DNA of 64,000 nucleotides from Octopus sinensis (taxonomy: Eukaryota). Positions 25,526-39,230 of this stretch are shown piece by piece. The first letter of the stretch is position 1. The number at the start of each line of letters is the position of its first letter. The translations under genes were made by a program, and so were the position numbers. The stretch spans positions 40,672,001-40,736,000 of the forward strand of contig NC_043004.1 of the NCBI RefSeq assembly GCF_006345805.1, in the 5' to 3' direction. The notes beneath the pieces are model-generated. The model did no database searches. It worked only from the letters and a program-made list of their open reading frames with translations, and was not told the origin of the DNA.

Positions 25526-26627
25526 AATAATAACAATAATAATGATTTCTAATAACAATAATAACATGAGAATGGAAGTTCATAGGCTTTATTAATGCAT
25601 CACAACATACATTTCTACATCACACACCATCATTAGATTATAATTTTCCATATTCATATAACATTATTTAAGATTACTCTTAATAATTATGCGTTTGAGT
25701 AATGCAATGTCCAAGGAAGCACTTGCAATCAAGGAAGCACCCATACTAGAAATGGAGCTGAGAGTAACCTTCAGTAATACCATATGAATATAAAACAATG
25801 TTACCTAATGAATGTGTGTGGTACAGAAACATATGTTTTGATGCATTAAGGAATTGTATGAATTTCCATCCTCATGTTATTATTGTTGTTATATTTATCC
25901 TAAGCTGAAATGGTCTCTATGTTGTATACCCATACCAGTGAATTACTCTGGGACATGGAATTAACATATGGTAGCTGACTACAAGCATAAGGGCTTTTAA
26001 GAGCAGATTACAAGGCTTTTGCCTAAACTAAACTGAACAGATATGTATATATCACAACTGTCCAATGAACAGAGATATGAAACTCTGAGTAACAGTCTTG
26101 TGATAATTTTGCCTCTTTAATGAAAGCATATTACTCTACCTTTGGTATTTGAGTATTATTTTTCCCACCTTGTCTTCCACTAATGTGTTCACCAGTGTGT
26201 GTGCGCGCGTGCGTGTGTGTGTGTGTGTGTGTAAATATATACATATATATATATGTGTGTGTGAGCATATATATATATATGCAATATATATATATGCCTG
26301 TATAGATACTTATATATATCAGCATATACAAGTATAGATATATATATATATATATATATGTATCCACATGACCACATGACTAACCAGGCTATCAGATGTT
26401 TCATATTGCTGGTCACAATGCACTTTTGTGATTGTTTTAGCCTTCAAATGACACCACCCTGATGGCTAGGTGAACAAGCCAACATCCCCACCCCCACTGA
26501 TCGAAAGGGGACGGAAGCAATGGGAAATGAAGTGTTTTGCTCAAGAACACAGTGTGCGGCCCAGTCAGGGAATTGAACCCACAATCTAGAGATCATGTGT
26601 GCAACAGCCTTCCCACTAGGTCACAAG

Positions 26628-26696
<69 letters not shown>

Positions 26697-26959
26697 TCAC
26701 ACCCTAGCCCCATGGAAATATAATAATGAGTAATACATTAATATAAATTCAAACCACCTACATCTATAATCAAGAACTTCATTAGCAATATCAACAATAA
26801 AATTTTGTAAGTTTTGTCTAATAAAGAAATTTTTGACCAGTCATCACCACTCCATAACAAAGCCTTAAAAATCAAATGGATTTTTTGAGGAGCTGCAACA
26901 ATACTATGAACAACAGTACAATGAACATATACCAAACCAGAGAAACCATAGTATGAACA

Positions 26960-27470
26960 TATACCAAACCAGAGAAACCCAGGAAAAGACACATCATCTG
27001 GTTTAACCCACTATGCAGCCTGAATATAGCTGCAATGTAGCATAGTCCTTCCTAACACTAATCAGCAAATACAGATACTGTAAATTAGTCATCAGAAGTT
27101 ATACAAAAGTTAGCCACAGCTGCACAAAAAGCAAAAACATAAAACACATCATGCAATTACTAAACAATGACACACCATGGACACACAACACCCAGCCAAA
27201 TATCTATGCAACTTCTTAAGAACTATGATGTGCCCGTTACACACAAAAATAGTTTACAAAAGAGACACAGTATATAAAGCAACAGTTTCACAAGAAGGAC
27301 AAACAAAAACAAACCACGTCGGTGTCACTAGTGGAACTTTCAAAGACAGATATACACAACATGAACATACTTTGCGGACTATATATAAACATAACACAAC
27401 ACCCCTATTCAAACACTTCTCAAAGTTAAAGAAAAAATTATTGCTGCAAACATAAGCATAATTTCATAGC
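26960..27470 (+). mobile_element. Penelope-like element C-terminal fragment (GIY-YIG region)
   Basis: RKRHIIWFNP motif near 26985, KVSHSC, and the C...CPL...VYKATV...HVGVTSGTFKDRYTQH region of ORF 27177-27455. Confidence 0.75.
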
Positions 27471-27637
27471 CAAAAAGCATATAATACGTGTTTTTTTACC
27501 CCAAAAATAATCCTTCAGAATCACTCAGCTGTGAAAGCACTCTTCACTGGAGATATGGCTACTCACAATAGGTATGTTCTTAAATTTGCAGATAACTTCT
27601 TATATAAACAAGCTTTTTTAGGAACAACATTTACCAC

Positions 27638-27668
<31 letters not shown>

Positions 27669-27933
27669 CACACACACACACACACACAAGGGTTGGGCCT
27701 CCAATCAGCCTTTTTTGTGATATCTTTAAAGTCAGGAAATTTTCAGTACTCCCTCATACATGTATGTGTATATGTATGTGTATATGTATGTATGTATGTG
27801 TGTGTATGTATGTATGTATGTGTGTGTATGTATGTATGTATGTATGTATGTATGTATGTATGTATGTATGTATGTTATGTATGTATGTATGTATGCATGC
27901 ATGTATGTGTGTGTATGTATGTATGTATGTATG

Positions 27934-27967
<34 letters not shown>

Positions 27968-27983
27968 TGTATGTATGTATGTA

Positions 27984-28203
27984 TGAGGGGGTGCTGAAAA
28001 GTTTCTGGCTTTGGGAAAAAAGAAAATACAGGAAAATCAGATAATTAGGAATTTATTCGACATATTTCCCACTCAGATTCACACACTTATGGCAGCAGTC
28101 CTTCAGTTTTCCTAAGCCCTGTAAAAGATCTTAGAAGTTTGGGCCTCCAAGCAGGCTTTTTAGGATACCCTTAAAGCCAAGAACTTTTCAGCAACACCTC
28201 GTA
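27984..28203. mobile_element. Mariner-type MITE (duplicate at about 29596-29813)
   Basis: TIRs TGAGGGGGTGCTGAAAAGTTTCTGGCTTT / AAAGCCAAGAACTTTTCAGCAACACCTCG with TA flanks. Confidence 0.75.
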
Positions 28204-28299
28204 TGTGTGCATAGATATATGCAATTTTGTATAAGTGTGTGTATGCTTGTATGTGTGTATGCTGTGTTCTACCCTTTGGATCCTGCCATTGTTTACAGG

Positions 28300-28945
28300 T
28301 TCAATATGAACTTTCGTCACCATGGATAACTTCTGTCCTCAGCCGCTTGGACTACTGCTCCCAACTATGGTCACCACAAAATATAAAGCTAACAGCAGAA
28401 CTCGAAGTAATTCAAAGAAGCTACACTAAGAAGATCGTCTCAATGCAACATATCAGCTACTGGGAAAGACTGAAAGTATTAAAACTCTTCTCCCTAGAGC
28501 GAAGGTGGGAGAGATATGCAGTGATATACATCTGGAAAATCCTGGACGGTCTTGTCCCAAACTTTGGCATCCAAAGTTACCCCAACCGCAGAACGGGGCG
28601 CCACTGCATGGTGCCAAAGATTCCAACATTACCATCAAAATACAGGACCATCCACTGCAACAGCTTGGGTTTCAGAGGGCTGCAGCTCTTTAACATCCTC
28701 CCTAAATGCCTGAGAGACTTGCATGGTGTGGATGTGGGTTTCTTTAAAACTAAACTGGATCTCTTCTTGTTGGTGGTCCCAGATGAACCTACCTCTAGTC
28801 AGGAGACACAGATGCGGGTAGCAGCATCGAACTCCCTTGTCGACCAAGTGCCACATATCAGAGGTGGATTCACATACTAGTGTAGCTCATTCAACAGTGG
28901 TGCCCCAACATGGCTGCAGCCTTCTGGCTGAAACATTTTTAAGGA
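28300..28945 (+). mobile_element. CR1-group LINE 3' end (duplicate at about 29910-30550)
   Basis: SRLDYCSQLWSP...LEVIQRSYTKKI...SYWERLKVLKLFSLERRWERYAVIYIWKILDGLVPN; stop at 28880, short 3' UTR ending in a hairpin tail. Confidence 0.85.
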
Positions 28946-29544
28946 TTTATGTACACAGTAAAGTAAATGTTTAAACTGAACATAAAGGCATCCCTAGTCA
29001 TTCAGTAGTTCATCAGGTGAAAGACCAAAGATGAGAGTTGGTGACAGCTAGAGCATCCTGCTTTACAATACTGCCTCAACAAATTTTGTCAAGCACAAGC
29101 TAGCATGGAAAAATAACTGGTATAAGAACAATAACTATAATGATGACCGCACACACATGTGCACATACATATATAGAAACACACACACACAGAAGCACAA
29201 GTATGACTTTATGTAAAACAGTATGAATGTGTCTGCATATAACATTCATGTCTTCAAATACATACATATATTACAGAAATAGACATTAACTTGTGTTTGT
29301 ATGTATGTGTGTGTGTGTGTGTAAGCCATTCTTATACATGTATTTATAAATGTGTGCTCTGGTGGGTTTACATTTTGGTAGACAGATACACACACACATG
29401 CCTGTGTGTATATATAAAATGTATGTAGCATATATGTAAGTATATATGTATGTTGTATGTATGTATGTATGTATGTATGTATGTATGTTGTATGTATGTA
29501 TGTATGCATGCATGTATGTGTGTGTATGTATGTATGTATGTATG

Positions 29545-29577
<33 letters not shown>

Positions 29578-31047
29578 TATGTATGTATGTATGTATGAGG
29601 GGGTGCTGAAAAGTTTCTGGCTTTGGGAAAAAGAAAATACAGGAAAATCAGATAATTAGGAATTTATTCGACATATTTCCCACTCAGATTCACACACTTA
29701 TGGCAGCAGTCCTTCAGTTTTCCTAAGCCCTGTAAAAGATCTTAGAAGTTTGGGCCTCCAAGCAGGCTTTTTAGGATACCCTTAAAGCCAAGAACTTTTC
29801 AGCAACCCTCGTATGTGTGCATAGATATATGTAATTTTGTATAAGTGTGTGTATGCTTGTATGTGTGTATGCTGTGTTCTACCTTTGGATCCTGCCATTG
29901 TTTACAGGTTCAATATGAACTTTCGTCACCATGGATAACTTCTGTCCTCAGCCGCTTGGACTACTGCTCCCAACTATGGTCACCACAAAATATAAAGCTA
30001 ACAGCAGAACTCGAAGTAATTCAAAGAAGCTACACTAGAAGATCGTCTCAATGCAACATATCAGCTACTGGGAAAGACTGAAAGTATTAAAACTCTTCTC
30101 CTAGAGCGAAGGTGGGAGAGATATGCAGTGATATACATCTGGAAAATCCTGGACGGTCTTGTCCCAAACTTTGGCATCCAAAGTTACCCCAACCGCAGAA
30201 CGGGGCGCCACTGCATGGTGCCAAAGATTCCAACATTACCATCAAAATACAGGACCATCCACTGCAACAGCTTGGGTTTCAGAGGGCTGCAGCTCTTTAA
30301 CATCCTCCCTAAATGCCTGAGAGACTTGCATGGTGTGGATGTGGGTTTCTTTAAAACTAAACTGGATCTCTTCTTGTTGGTGGTCCCAGATGAACCTACC
30401 TCTAGTCAGGAGACACAGATGCGGGTAGCAGCATCGAACTCCCTTGTCGACCAAGTGCCACATATCAGAGGTGGATTCACATACTAGTGTAGCTCATTCA
30501 ACAGTGGTGCCCCAACATGGCTGCAGCCTTCTGGCTGAAACATTTTTAAGGATTTATGTACACAGTAAAGTAAATGTTTAAACTGAACATAAAGGCATCC
30601 CTAGTCATTCAGTAGTTCATCAGGTGAAAGACCAAAGATGAGAGTTGGTGACAGCTAGAGCATCCTGCTTTACAATACTGCCTCAACAAATTTTGTCAAG
30701 CACAAGCTAGCATGGAAAAATAACTGGTATAAGAACAATAACTATAATGATGACCGCACACACATGTGCACATACATATATAGAAACACACACACACAGA
30801 AGCACAAGTATGACTTTATGTAAAACAGTATGAATGTGTCTGCATATAACATTCATGTCTTCAAATACATACATATATTACAGAAATAGACATTAACTTG
30901 TGTTTGTATGTATGTGTGTGTGTGTGTGTAAGCCATTCTTATACATGTATTTATAAATGTGTGCTCTGGTGGGTTTACATTTTGGTAGACAGATACACAC
31001 ACACATGCCTGTGTGTATATATAAAATGTATGTAGCATATATGTAAG

Positions 31048-31081
<34 letters not shown>

Positions 31082-31606
31082 TGTATGTATCTATCTATAT
31101 ATATATACATGCATACATACATGCATACAACCATATACATGAGTATGTATGTGTGTGTGTCTGAGACCATATTTTATAAGTATTCATACACACACATACA
31201 TATATACATGCATACATATATATATACATACATGACCACTTGTACATTATATATATTCAGTTACACATACACACACACACATATATACATACACACACAT
31301 ACATATATATGCATACATATATATGTGTACATGACCACTTGTACAAATACATAATCATGATACACACACACATACATACATACATACATGCATGCATACA
31401 TACATGCATACACACACACACACACATACATACATATGTAAATTACCATTTGCTCATTATACATATTGTTAGCGATACACACACATATACACACATGTAT
31501 TTTATAGTCATACATACATACATATATGTGTGTATGTGTGTGTACATGACCACTTCTACATTATGCATATTTATAGAAATACATAAATACATACATATAT
31601 ACTTAC

Positions 31607-31671
<65 letters not shown>

Positions 31672-32660
31672 ATATATATATATATATATGTGCGTTTGTA
31701 TGTATATATACATGTATGTATATATATATATATGTGTGCGTTTGTATGTATATTAATATATTCATTACATTAGACATTGAGCTAGATTTAATGATCTCAG
31801 CACCAACAAAATCAACGTTAACACTACTTGAGAATCTGGCATTTTACCAAATAGGGAATCACATGATTCACCAACTATTTTTGCTCTATTTACCTGGACA
31901 ATTTTTCGGAAAGCGCCAGATTGCAATCTTTGCTATATATTATTTATTTACATTGCTTTACCAATTTTTTTTTTGCCTTTCTTTTCGGGGTTGTTCTTGT
32001 TTTTGTTTTTGTTAGTTATTGTAGTGTTTGTTTCTGTTTGAACCTCTTAATCATTATGTTTTGATTGAACTTATCAGTAGTACGCTTGTGTAAATAGCAG
32101 ACTAATTGGATTTCTCTATGAATTTTTTTTTTTTTCCGGTTCTCTGCCAGCCCACGATAGACCCTTGAAATGTTTACGTACTGGAGGGTTTATGTGTATA
32201 TGTATGAATGTTTGTGTGTATGTGTGTGTGTGTGTGTGGTTTTTGCATTTAATATACATATACATATGTGCACAAGTTTCCATTTAGGTATGTATACTAG
32301 TATGTGTGTATATATATACGTGCGGGTGGCACGTAAAAAGCACCCACTACACTCACGGAGTGGTTGGCGTTAGGAAGGGCATCCAGCCGTAGAAACACTG
32401 CCAGATTTGACTGGGCCTGATGAAGCCATCTGGCTTCACAGACCCCAGTAGAACCGTCCAACCCATGCTAGCATGGAAAACGGACGCTAAACGATGATGA
32501 TGATGATGATGATGATATATATATATATATTTATATATATACATAGATAGAGGGAGACAGACAGACACACAGACTGACAGACAGATATATAGGTACACTG
32601 ATAGATACATAGATACATAGATAGATAGATGATATGCATGCACATACACATGCAAATGTT

Positions 32661-32694
<34 letters not shown>

Positions 32695-33136
32695 CTGTTA
32701 CCAACCTCCGCCGGCCCCTGTGCCGGTGATACATAAAAAGCATTCACTACACTCACGGAGTGGTTGGCATTAGGAAGGGCATCCAGTTGTAGAAATACTG
32801 CCAGACCAGACTGGAACCTGGTGCAGCCCCCTTGCTTCCCATACCCCAGTGAAACACTGACAAACCTGTCTTTTTCTTAGTTAGATAATAGGGTACAAGT
32901 TGAGATAGATTTGGTTAGTATTTCAGGCAAGTCAAGCAACCACATAGAATTCTCACTTAGTTCATTTTCAATCATTAGCTGCCAGTGAGAAAAAAAAGGG
33001 GCTATGAGCTTTGTAGATCTTCCTAGACAGGTGAGGTCACTTAATCCCTAGGTCAGTTGTGAGCGAGTGGTAGACCTTTTATTGGAGATATTCCAACTGT
33101 GACCCGTGTATAATGATAAAATGATAATTTTTCTGC

Positions 33137-33560
33137 TACAGGTGTGACTGTGTGATAAGAAGCTTGCTTCCCACCCACATGGTTCTGGGTTCAGTCCTGC
33201 TGTATGACACCTTCTATCATAGCCTCAGGCCAACCAAAGCTTTGTGAGAGAATTTGGTAGGTGGAAACTGAAAGGAGACCATCGCGTATGTGAGTATGTG
33301 TGTGTGTATACATGTATGTATGTATATGTATATATCTATGTGTATGTGTCTTTGTGTTTGTCCCCACCTCACCACTTGACAACTGGTGTTGGTATGTTTA
33401 TGTCCCTATAACTTAGCAGTTCAGCAAAAGAGGACTGATATAATAAGTACTAGGCTTAAAAAATAAGTCCCAGGGGTGATTCATTTGACCAGACTTCTTC
33501 AAGGTGCTGCTTCAGCTTGGCCACAGTCAAATGACTGAAACAAATAAAAGAATAAAAGAA
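33137..33560 (+). mobile_element. SINE family A copy
   Basis: Colinear with 10001-10392. Confidence 0.75.
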
Positions 33561-33944
33561 TACAGGCACAAAGCCTGAAATCTTTGGGAGGAGGGAGCTA
33601 ATTGATTACATTCACCACAGTGCTCTATTGGTACTCATTTAATTGACCCCTAAGGGATGAAAGACAGAACAGACCTCAGTAGCATTTGAACTCAGAACAT
33701 AAAGCCAGAAGAAACATCACTGAGCATTTTGCCAAGGGTGCTAGCAATTCTGTCAGCTTGCTGCCTTTGGTTTCAAATTTTGGTACAAGGTCAGCAATCT
33801 TAGGGGAGAGGGTAAGACAATTACATGCACCACTGTTCAGCTGATACTTTTTTTTATCAACCTCAAAAGGGTGAAAAGCAATGTTGATCTCTGTGAAATT
33901 GAAACTTAGTACATGAAGAGCCAGAAAAACATGTTGCTATCCAT

Positions 33945-34391
33945 TTCGGGTCCAGTCCCACTGCATGGCACCTTGGGCAAGTGTCTTCTACTATAGCCTC
34001 AGGCCAACCAAAGCCTTATGAGTGGATTTGGTAGACGGAAACTGAAAGAAGCCTGTTGTATATATATATATATATATATATATCACCATGACTGACCAGG
34101 CTATCAGATGTTGCTACACATCGCTGGTCACAATGCACTTCGCATTGTTTTAGCCTTCAAATGACGCCACCCCGCTGGCTAAGCGAGCAAGCCAACAGAA
34201 GAAAGAGTGAGAGAAAGTTGTGGCTAAAGAGTACAGCAGGGATCGCCACCACCGCCTGCCGAAGCATCGTGGAGCTTTAGGTGTTTTCACTCAATAAACA
34301 CTCACAACGCCCAGTCTGGGAATCGAAACCGCGATCCTACGACCGCGAGTCCGGTGCCCTAACCACTGGGCCATTGCGCCTTCACACACAC

Positions 34392-34450
<59 letters not shown>

Positions 34451-34650
34451 TGTCTATGTTTGTGCCCCCACCATTGCTTGACAACCAATGTCGGTGTGTT
34501 TATATCCCTGTAACTTAGCGGTTTGGCAAAAGAAACCAATAGAATAAGTACTAGGTTTACAAAGAATAAGTCCTGGGGTTGATTTGCTCGACTAAAGGTG
34601 GTGCACCAGCATGGCCACAGTCAAATGACTGAACCAAATATAAAAAGAAT
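33945..34650 (+). mobile_element. SINE family A split by a family B SINE (34083-34383, minus) inserted in its microsatellite
   Basis: The 5' half (33945-34060) and 3' half (34440-34650) are colinear with 10001-10392; the insert is the reverse complement of 18698-19010. Confidence 0.8.
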
Positions 34651-34714
34651 AAAAGAAGAATAGAACTTTAATAATAATAATAATAATAATAATGATGATG
34701 ATGATGATAATAAT

Positions 34715-35250
34715 AAATGCCCTAATGCAGTACCAGGCAGTGGATCTCATGGCTTCTTATCTTAACTGATTGGAAGTGTTACCATGTACATTGTTTTGTC
34801 TTGGTATGAAAGATGGGCTACAGCATATTATTCTGCTCAATACCACAGATTTGCTTGTCACTTGCTTGACCTTAACCAGTTGAACATGTCCCTTAGTGGC
34901 TGACGATATGTGCATCTCATGAGCAGAAGTAGTGGGGGAGCATCATAACCATGTGTTGAGAGAAATTTGGGGTTGGAGATAATTCACCACTGGAAACATG
35001 GGGGTTTTGTTCAACATCCTTAAGCAACCCTTATTCAGGGACCTTCTGAGTGGGATGGGCTACTCAACCTGAAGAAAATTCTAACTGGGTTCCACCTTCA
35101 AAGTTATGAGCTGTTTATTTTGATATAAGATTGCTATGTTATGCATGTATGGTTGTGATGCATGTGCTTGGTGTACCCTTATCAAACGAGTATACTGGGA
35201 TTTGTATATTTTACCCCAGTGTCATTTTGACGGCATGCACTGCTCTTTCA
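34715..35250. repeat. Family E interspersed repeat flanked by (AAT)n
   Basis: Colinear with 24240-24780. Confidence 0.8.
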
Positions 35251-35292
35251 TAATAATAATAATAATAATATAATAATAATAATAATAGTAAT

Positions 35293-35630
35293 AATGGCAT
35301 CTTAAAACGAAAACTGTTCTGGTATTGTAGGCGCTCTAAGTATGATAAAAAAGGGATTTCAGAAACATCTAGATAAGATCCCAGGAGAACCATGTCTCAG
35401 AGAAATCCAAAAGATTGTACTGACAAGTACTGCCGACATCCTTAGAAAAACCCCATCCATTTAAATGTCCGTGTTGTATTACATGAAGTTATTTCACTAC
35501 TTCCCCTCTTCAAGCTTTCAGTCATACTGTAACATCTCTTATCCTTCACTCACCCCAGGATACTAGGTGTGTCTCAGCTAGTGACTGTAACAAACAGACA
35601 GATTAAAAGTAAAAATAAAAGTAATAATAA
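35293..35630 (+). mobile_element. R4/Dong-clade LINE 3' fragment in a (TAA)n tract
   Basis: Reads W.LKTKTV..IVGALSMIKKGFQKHLDKIPGEPCLREIQKIVLTSTADILRK, then a short UTR and a (TAA)n-like tail. Confidence 0.75.
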
Positions 35631-36542
35631 TGATAATCTTTTCTATTATATGTACAAGGTCTGAAATTTGTTGGTGGTGGGGCGGGACTAGTTGATTAGA
35701 TCAACCCCAGTGTTTAACTGGTACTTAATTTATCAACCCCTGAAAGGATGAAAGGCAAAGATGACCTCGGCAGGATTTGAACTCAGAGCATGAAGACAGA
35801 CAAAATACCACTGACCATCACAGCCATGAGTTGAGAGAAATTCTTTGGGTTTGAATAATTAACTCCTGGAAACATGAGTGTTTCATTCATCATCCTTAAA
35901 GAACCCTTATTCAGGGACCTTTTGAGTGGGATGGGCTAATTAAGCTGAAGAAAATTCTAACTGGGCCCCACTGCTTATCTTGATTGAGATCCTCATGTCA
36001 TGCAGATATGGTTGTGATACCTGTACCTGATGTACCCTTGTCAAACGGGTAGTCATGATGGGTATATTGGGCTTTGTATATTTGTAACACAGTGTCACTT
36101 TGATGGCACATGCTTAACTCTCACTTAATAATAGTGATGATGATGATGATGACAGCGATGATGATGATGATGATGATGACAAGCCCCCTTCCCACAGATT
36201 GCTGGTCTTGTGCCTGCAATCTGTGGAGAAAGGGGTTACCCAATATTATTAACCCTAGTACTTACTTTTTTGACCCCAGATGGATGAAAGTCAAAGTTAA
36301 CCATGGCAGGATTTGAACTCAGAATTCAAAGAGTCAGAAGAAATACAAGGCATTTTGTTTCAATGCTGAGGAGGAGGGGGAGGAGGAGGAGACGAAGAAG
36401 GGATGAAGGAGGAAAAGGAGAGGGAGGGAAGGGGGAGAGCAAAAGACAGAGGAGGAAGAAGGGAGGGGAACTGCAATAACAACTTCATCAACATGTAGTA
36501 GTAGTAGTAGTAGTAGTAGTAAGTAGTAGTAGTAGTAGTAGT

Positions 36543-36574
<32 letters not shown>

Positions 36575-37028
36575 TTGCAGGAGCTGCATTGGCGGTAATG
36601 GTGGCAGGATTGGCAACAATATTATTAAACACAACAATGATAATAATAAACGGCTAAAGACTTGATGTTTATACAAACAACTATAACTTCCCAAAGAAAC
36701 GGGAGAAACAAAAAAATAGAAAAAAAAAATGAGTAAAACTAACAAAAAAAAAATGGAAAATGTTTATTGATTATTGATTCAATGGGTTTGATACAAGCAA
36801 CCTATATTGATTGATTGTCTAAGAGTTTGTTCTGCATCTATTGACTACATCTTTATGACAACCAACAATTTCCATGATTTTTTTTTCAATGAATCTGCTA
36901 AAAAATGATATGCCAGCACTTACATACCATTCATGCATAAGTGCATTATATCATTGGATACATGTCTATGTAAGCAAAGGATTTTCTTTCTCTCTGTACT
37001 ATCGAAAGAACTTATGTATATGTATACC

Positions 37029-37061
<33 letters not shown>

Positions 37062-37244
37062 TTCTTTACATTGGCACATGGCAGAAAATGTATGTGGAAG
37101 AGGTTATACAGAAATTGCGTAAAGTAGGGGAAGGTTATATAGAAAACGTATATAGAGGCAGGTTATGTGGAAAATGTGTGATGTATGTCGGGGAAGATTA
37201 TGTGGAAAATGCATGTTGAGGTAGGTTATATGGAAAATATGTGT

Positions 37245-37972
37245 GAGGTGCAGGAGTGGCTGCGTGGTAAGTAGCTTGCTTTCCAGCCACATGGTTCCGG
37301 GTTCAGTCCCACTGTGTGGCACCTTGGACAAATGCCTTTTACTATGGCCTCGGGCCGACCAAAACCTTGTGAGTGGATTTGGTAGACGGAAACATCGTAA
37401 ATATGTATATATATATGTGTAGTCATAAAGCGAGACAGATGAGTGACAACCTGGCCACTGGTGGTGGTGTAACACACCATACTAATCATATCTGTCGGGC
37501 ATGTGAAAGAGAGTGTAATTCGGCAGGAGGACTAAAACGACATGCAAAGGTGCATGAAGCCCAGTTACAACTACAGCCGGCTGTTACCGGTAAAGGTTTT
37601 AGTTGCCAATTCTGTACAAGACATTGTAGATCTTTAGCTGGGCTAAAAAATGACATTCTATCACAGCACCAGTAACAGTTAAGCTCGTGCAATGGCCATA
37701 CTCGATAAAGAGGGGGCAGTCATAATATATATATATGTGGGTGTGTGTGTGCGTGTGCGTCTGTGTTTGTCCCCCCAACATCACTTGACAACCGATGCTG
37801 GTGTGGTTACATCCCTGTAACTTAGCAGTTCGGCAAAAGAGACCGATACAATAAGTACTAAGCTTACAAAGACTAAGTCCTGGGGTCAATCTGCTCGACT
37901 AAAGGTAGTACTCCAGCATGGCCGCAGTCAGATGACTGAAACAAGTGAAAAAGTAAAAGAGTGAAAGAGGTA
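37245..37972 (+). mobile_element. SINE family A containing a nested LINE 3' fragment
   Basis: SINE head 37245-37400 and tail 37730-37972 flank the insert. Confidence 0.8.
37421..37725 (+). mobile_element. RTE-type LINE 3' end with two C2H2-like zinc-finger motifs
   Basis: HICRACERECNSAGGLKRHAKVH and FSCQFCTRHCRSLAGLK; direct repeat AGTCATAA at 37421 and 37718. Confidence 0.65.
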
Positions 37973-37974
37973 GA

Positions 37975-38420
37975 AGGTTATATAGAAAATGTTTTCTTCT
38001 CATATTGCTGAATGTCATGAACGATCTCATCTAGTTTTTCTTCTCCAGTGATGATGATCTCCGGAGCAACAAATGCACTATCATCTATGGACAACCAGTT
38101 CTTGAATTGCTTTTTGGCCAATCCAGTTGGTGGTGAAGCCAGGATCAAATCTTCATTAACATCTATGGCTTCATTTGATTCTTTGGTCGAAACAAAACCC
38201 GCTTTGGTCCAACAATGTTTGATTGTCAGGCTAGAGATCTTCCAAGCTACACTTAATACATACATGGTATCCAAAATGGTGATCTCTTTTGCAACTTCTC
38301 CGGGCAAAAATGTCACATTCAGTGTTTTCCATAACATCAATGATCTTAGAAAATTACTATTTTTAAATCTCACAAGAGATATTCAACAACAGTACTTTGG
38401 AGTAAAGATTTTTGCCAATA
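37975..38420 (-). mobile_element. pogo/Tigger transposase C-terminal fragment
   Basis: ITILDTMYVLSVAWKISSLTIKHCWTKAGF resembles the I..A...+..AW..V...TI.NCW.KAGF motif. Confidence 0.7.
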
Positions 38421-38929
38421 TAACATGGTAGTCCTGGTTTAGGATGAACGTTGCTGTAATTTAATCCCAGGAGACATTGTCTCCAGCTGGCTATATGACA
38501 GGACTGCCTTTCATCCTTTTGAAGTCAATAAATTAAGTATCAGTTGCATACTGGGGTCGATCTAATCGACTGGCACCACTCCCCAAAAATTTCGGGCTTT
38601 GTGCCTAGAGTAGAAATGATTATTCTTACCAACTTCTCATAGATTTACTGATACTCATTTGCTATTTGGAATCACTGTATTTATAGAATTTCAATAATTT
38701 TGTTGGGTTTTTTAGTTGGTTTTGTTTTGTTTTTGTTCCTCTGCTTCTTTACATCATAAATAGTTGACTAATCAATACAACAGATATCACATAGCTTCCA
38801 TACAGAATCAAAAACTTTGATCTTGTCCCGTATCGATATTGATTGGTGGTGCAACCACTGACACTTGTACCTGCTTTAGAAACCATATCAAGGATAAAAA
38901 TTCTTAGCAAAATAAGTTATGAATTGTAT

Positions 38930-39230
38930 ACATTGTCATCATTATCATCATCATCGTCATAACCATCTTCACCACCACCCCATCATCATCATCTCCACTA
39001 CCACCTTCACCACCAATACCATCGCCTTCATCATCTCCACTACCACCACCACCACCACCACCATTGCCATCATCATTTCCACTACCACTACCATCACCAC
39101 CACGATCGTCATCATCACCATCATCTCCACAACCACCACCACCACTATCATCATCATCATCATCACTACCATCATTACCACCACCACCAACAATGCAATC
39201 ATCATCATCATTGTTGTCATTGTTTTATCC
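38930..39230. repeat. (ACC)n/(ATC)n trinucleotide tract
   Basis: Directly visible. Confidence 0.9.

Larger units (their letters stand above)
27740..31060. repeat. Direct tandem duplication, period about 1.61 kb
   Basis: 27985-29450 is almost identical to 29597-31055; units are bounded by (TATG)n. Confidence 0.95.

Noticed and set aside
28227-28880. 217-aa ORF as a host gene
   Set aside because: The N-terminus is microsatellite read-through and the rest is a CR1-group LINE C-terminus. The duplicate copy is frameshifted.
31770-31930. Possible Penelope C-terminal remnant (..[11 protein letters not shown]..)
   Set aside because: Too short and degenerate to support a call.
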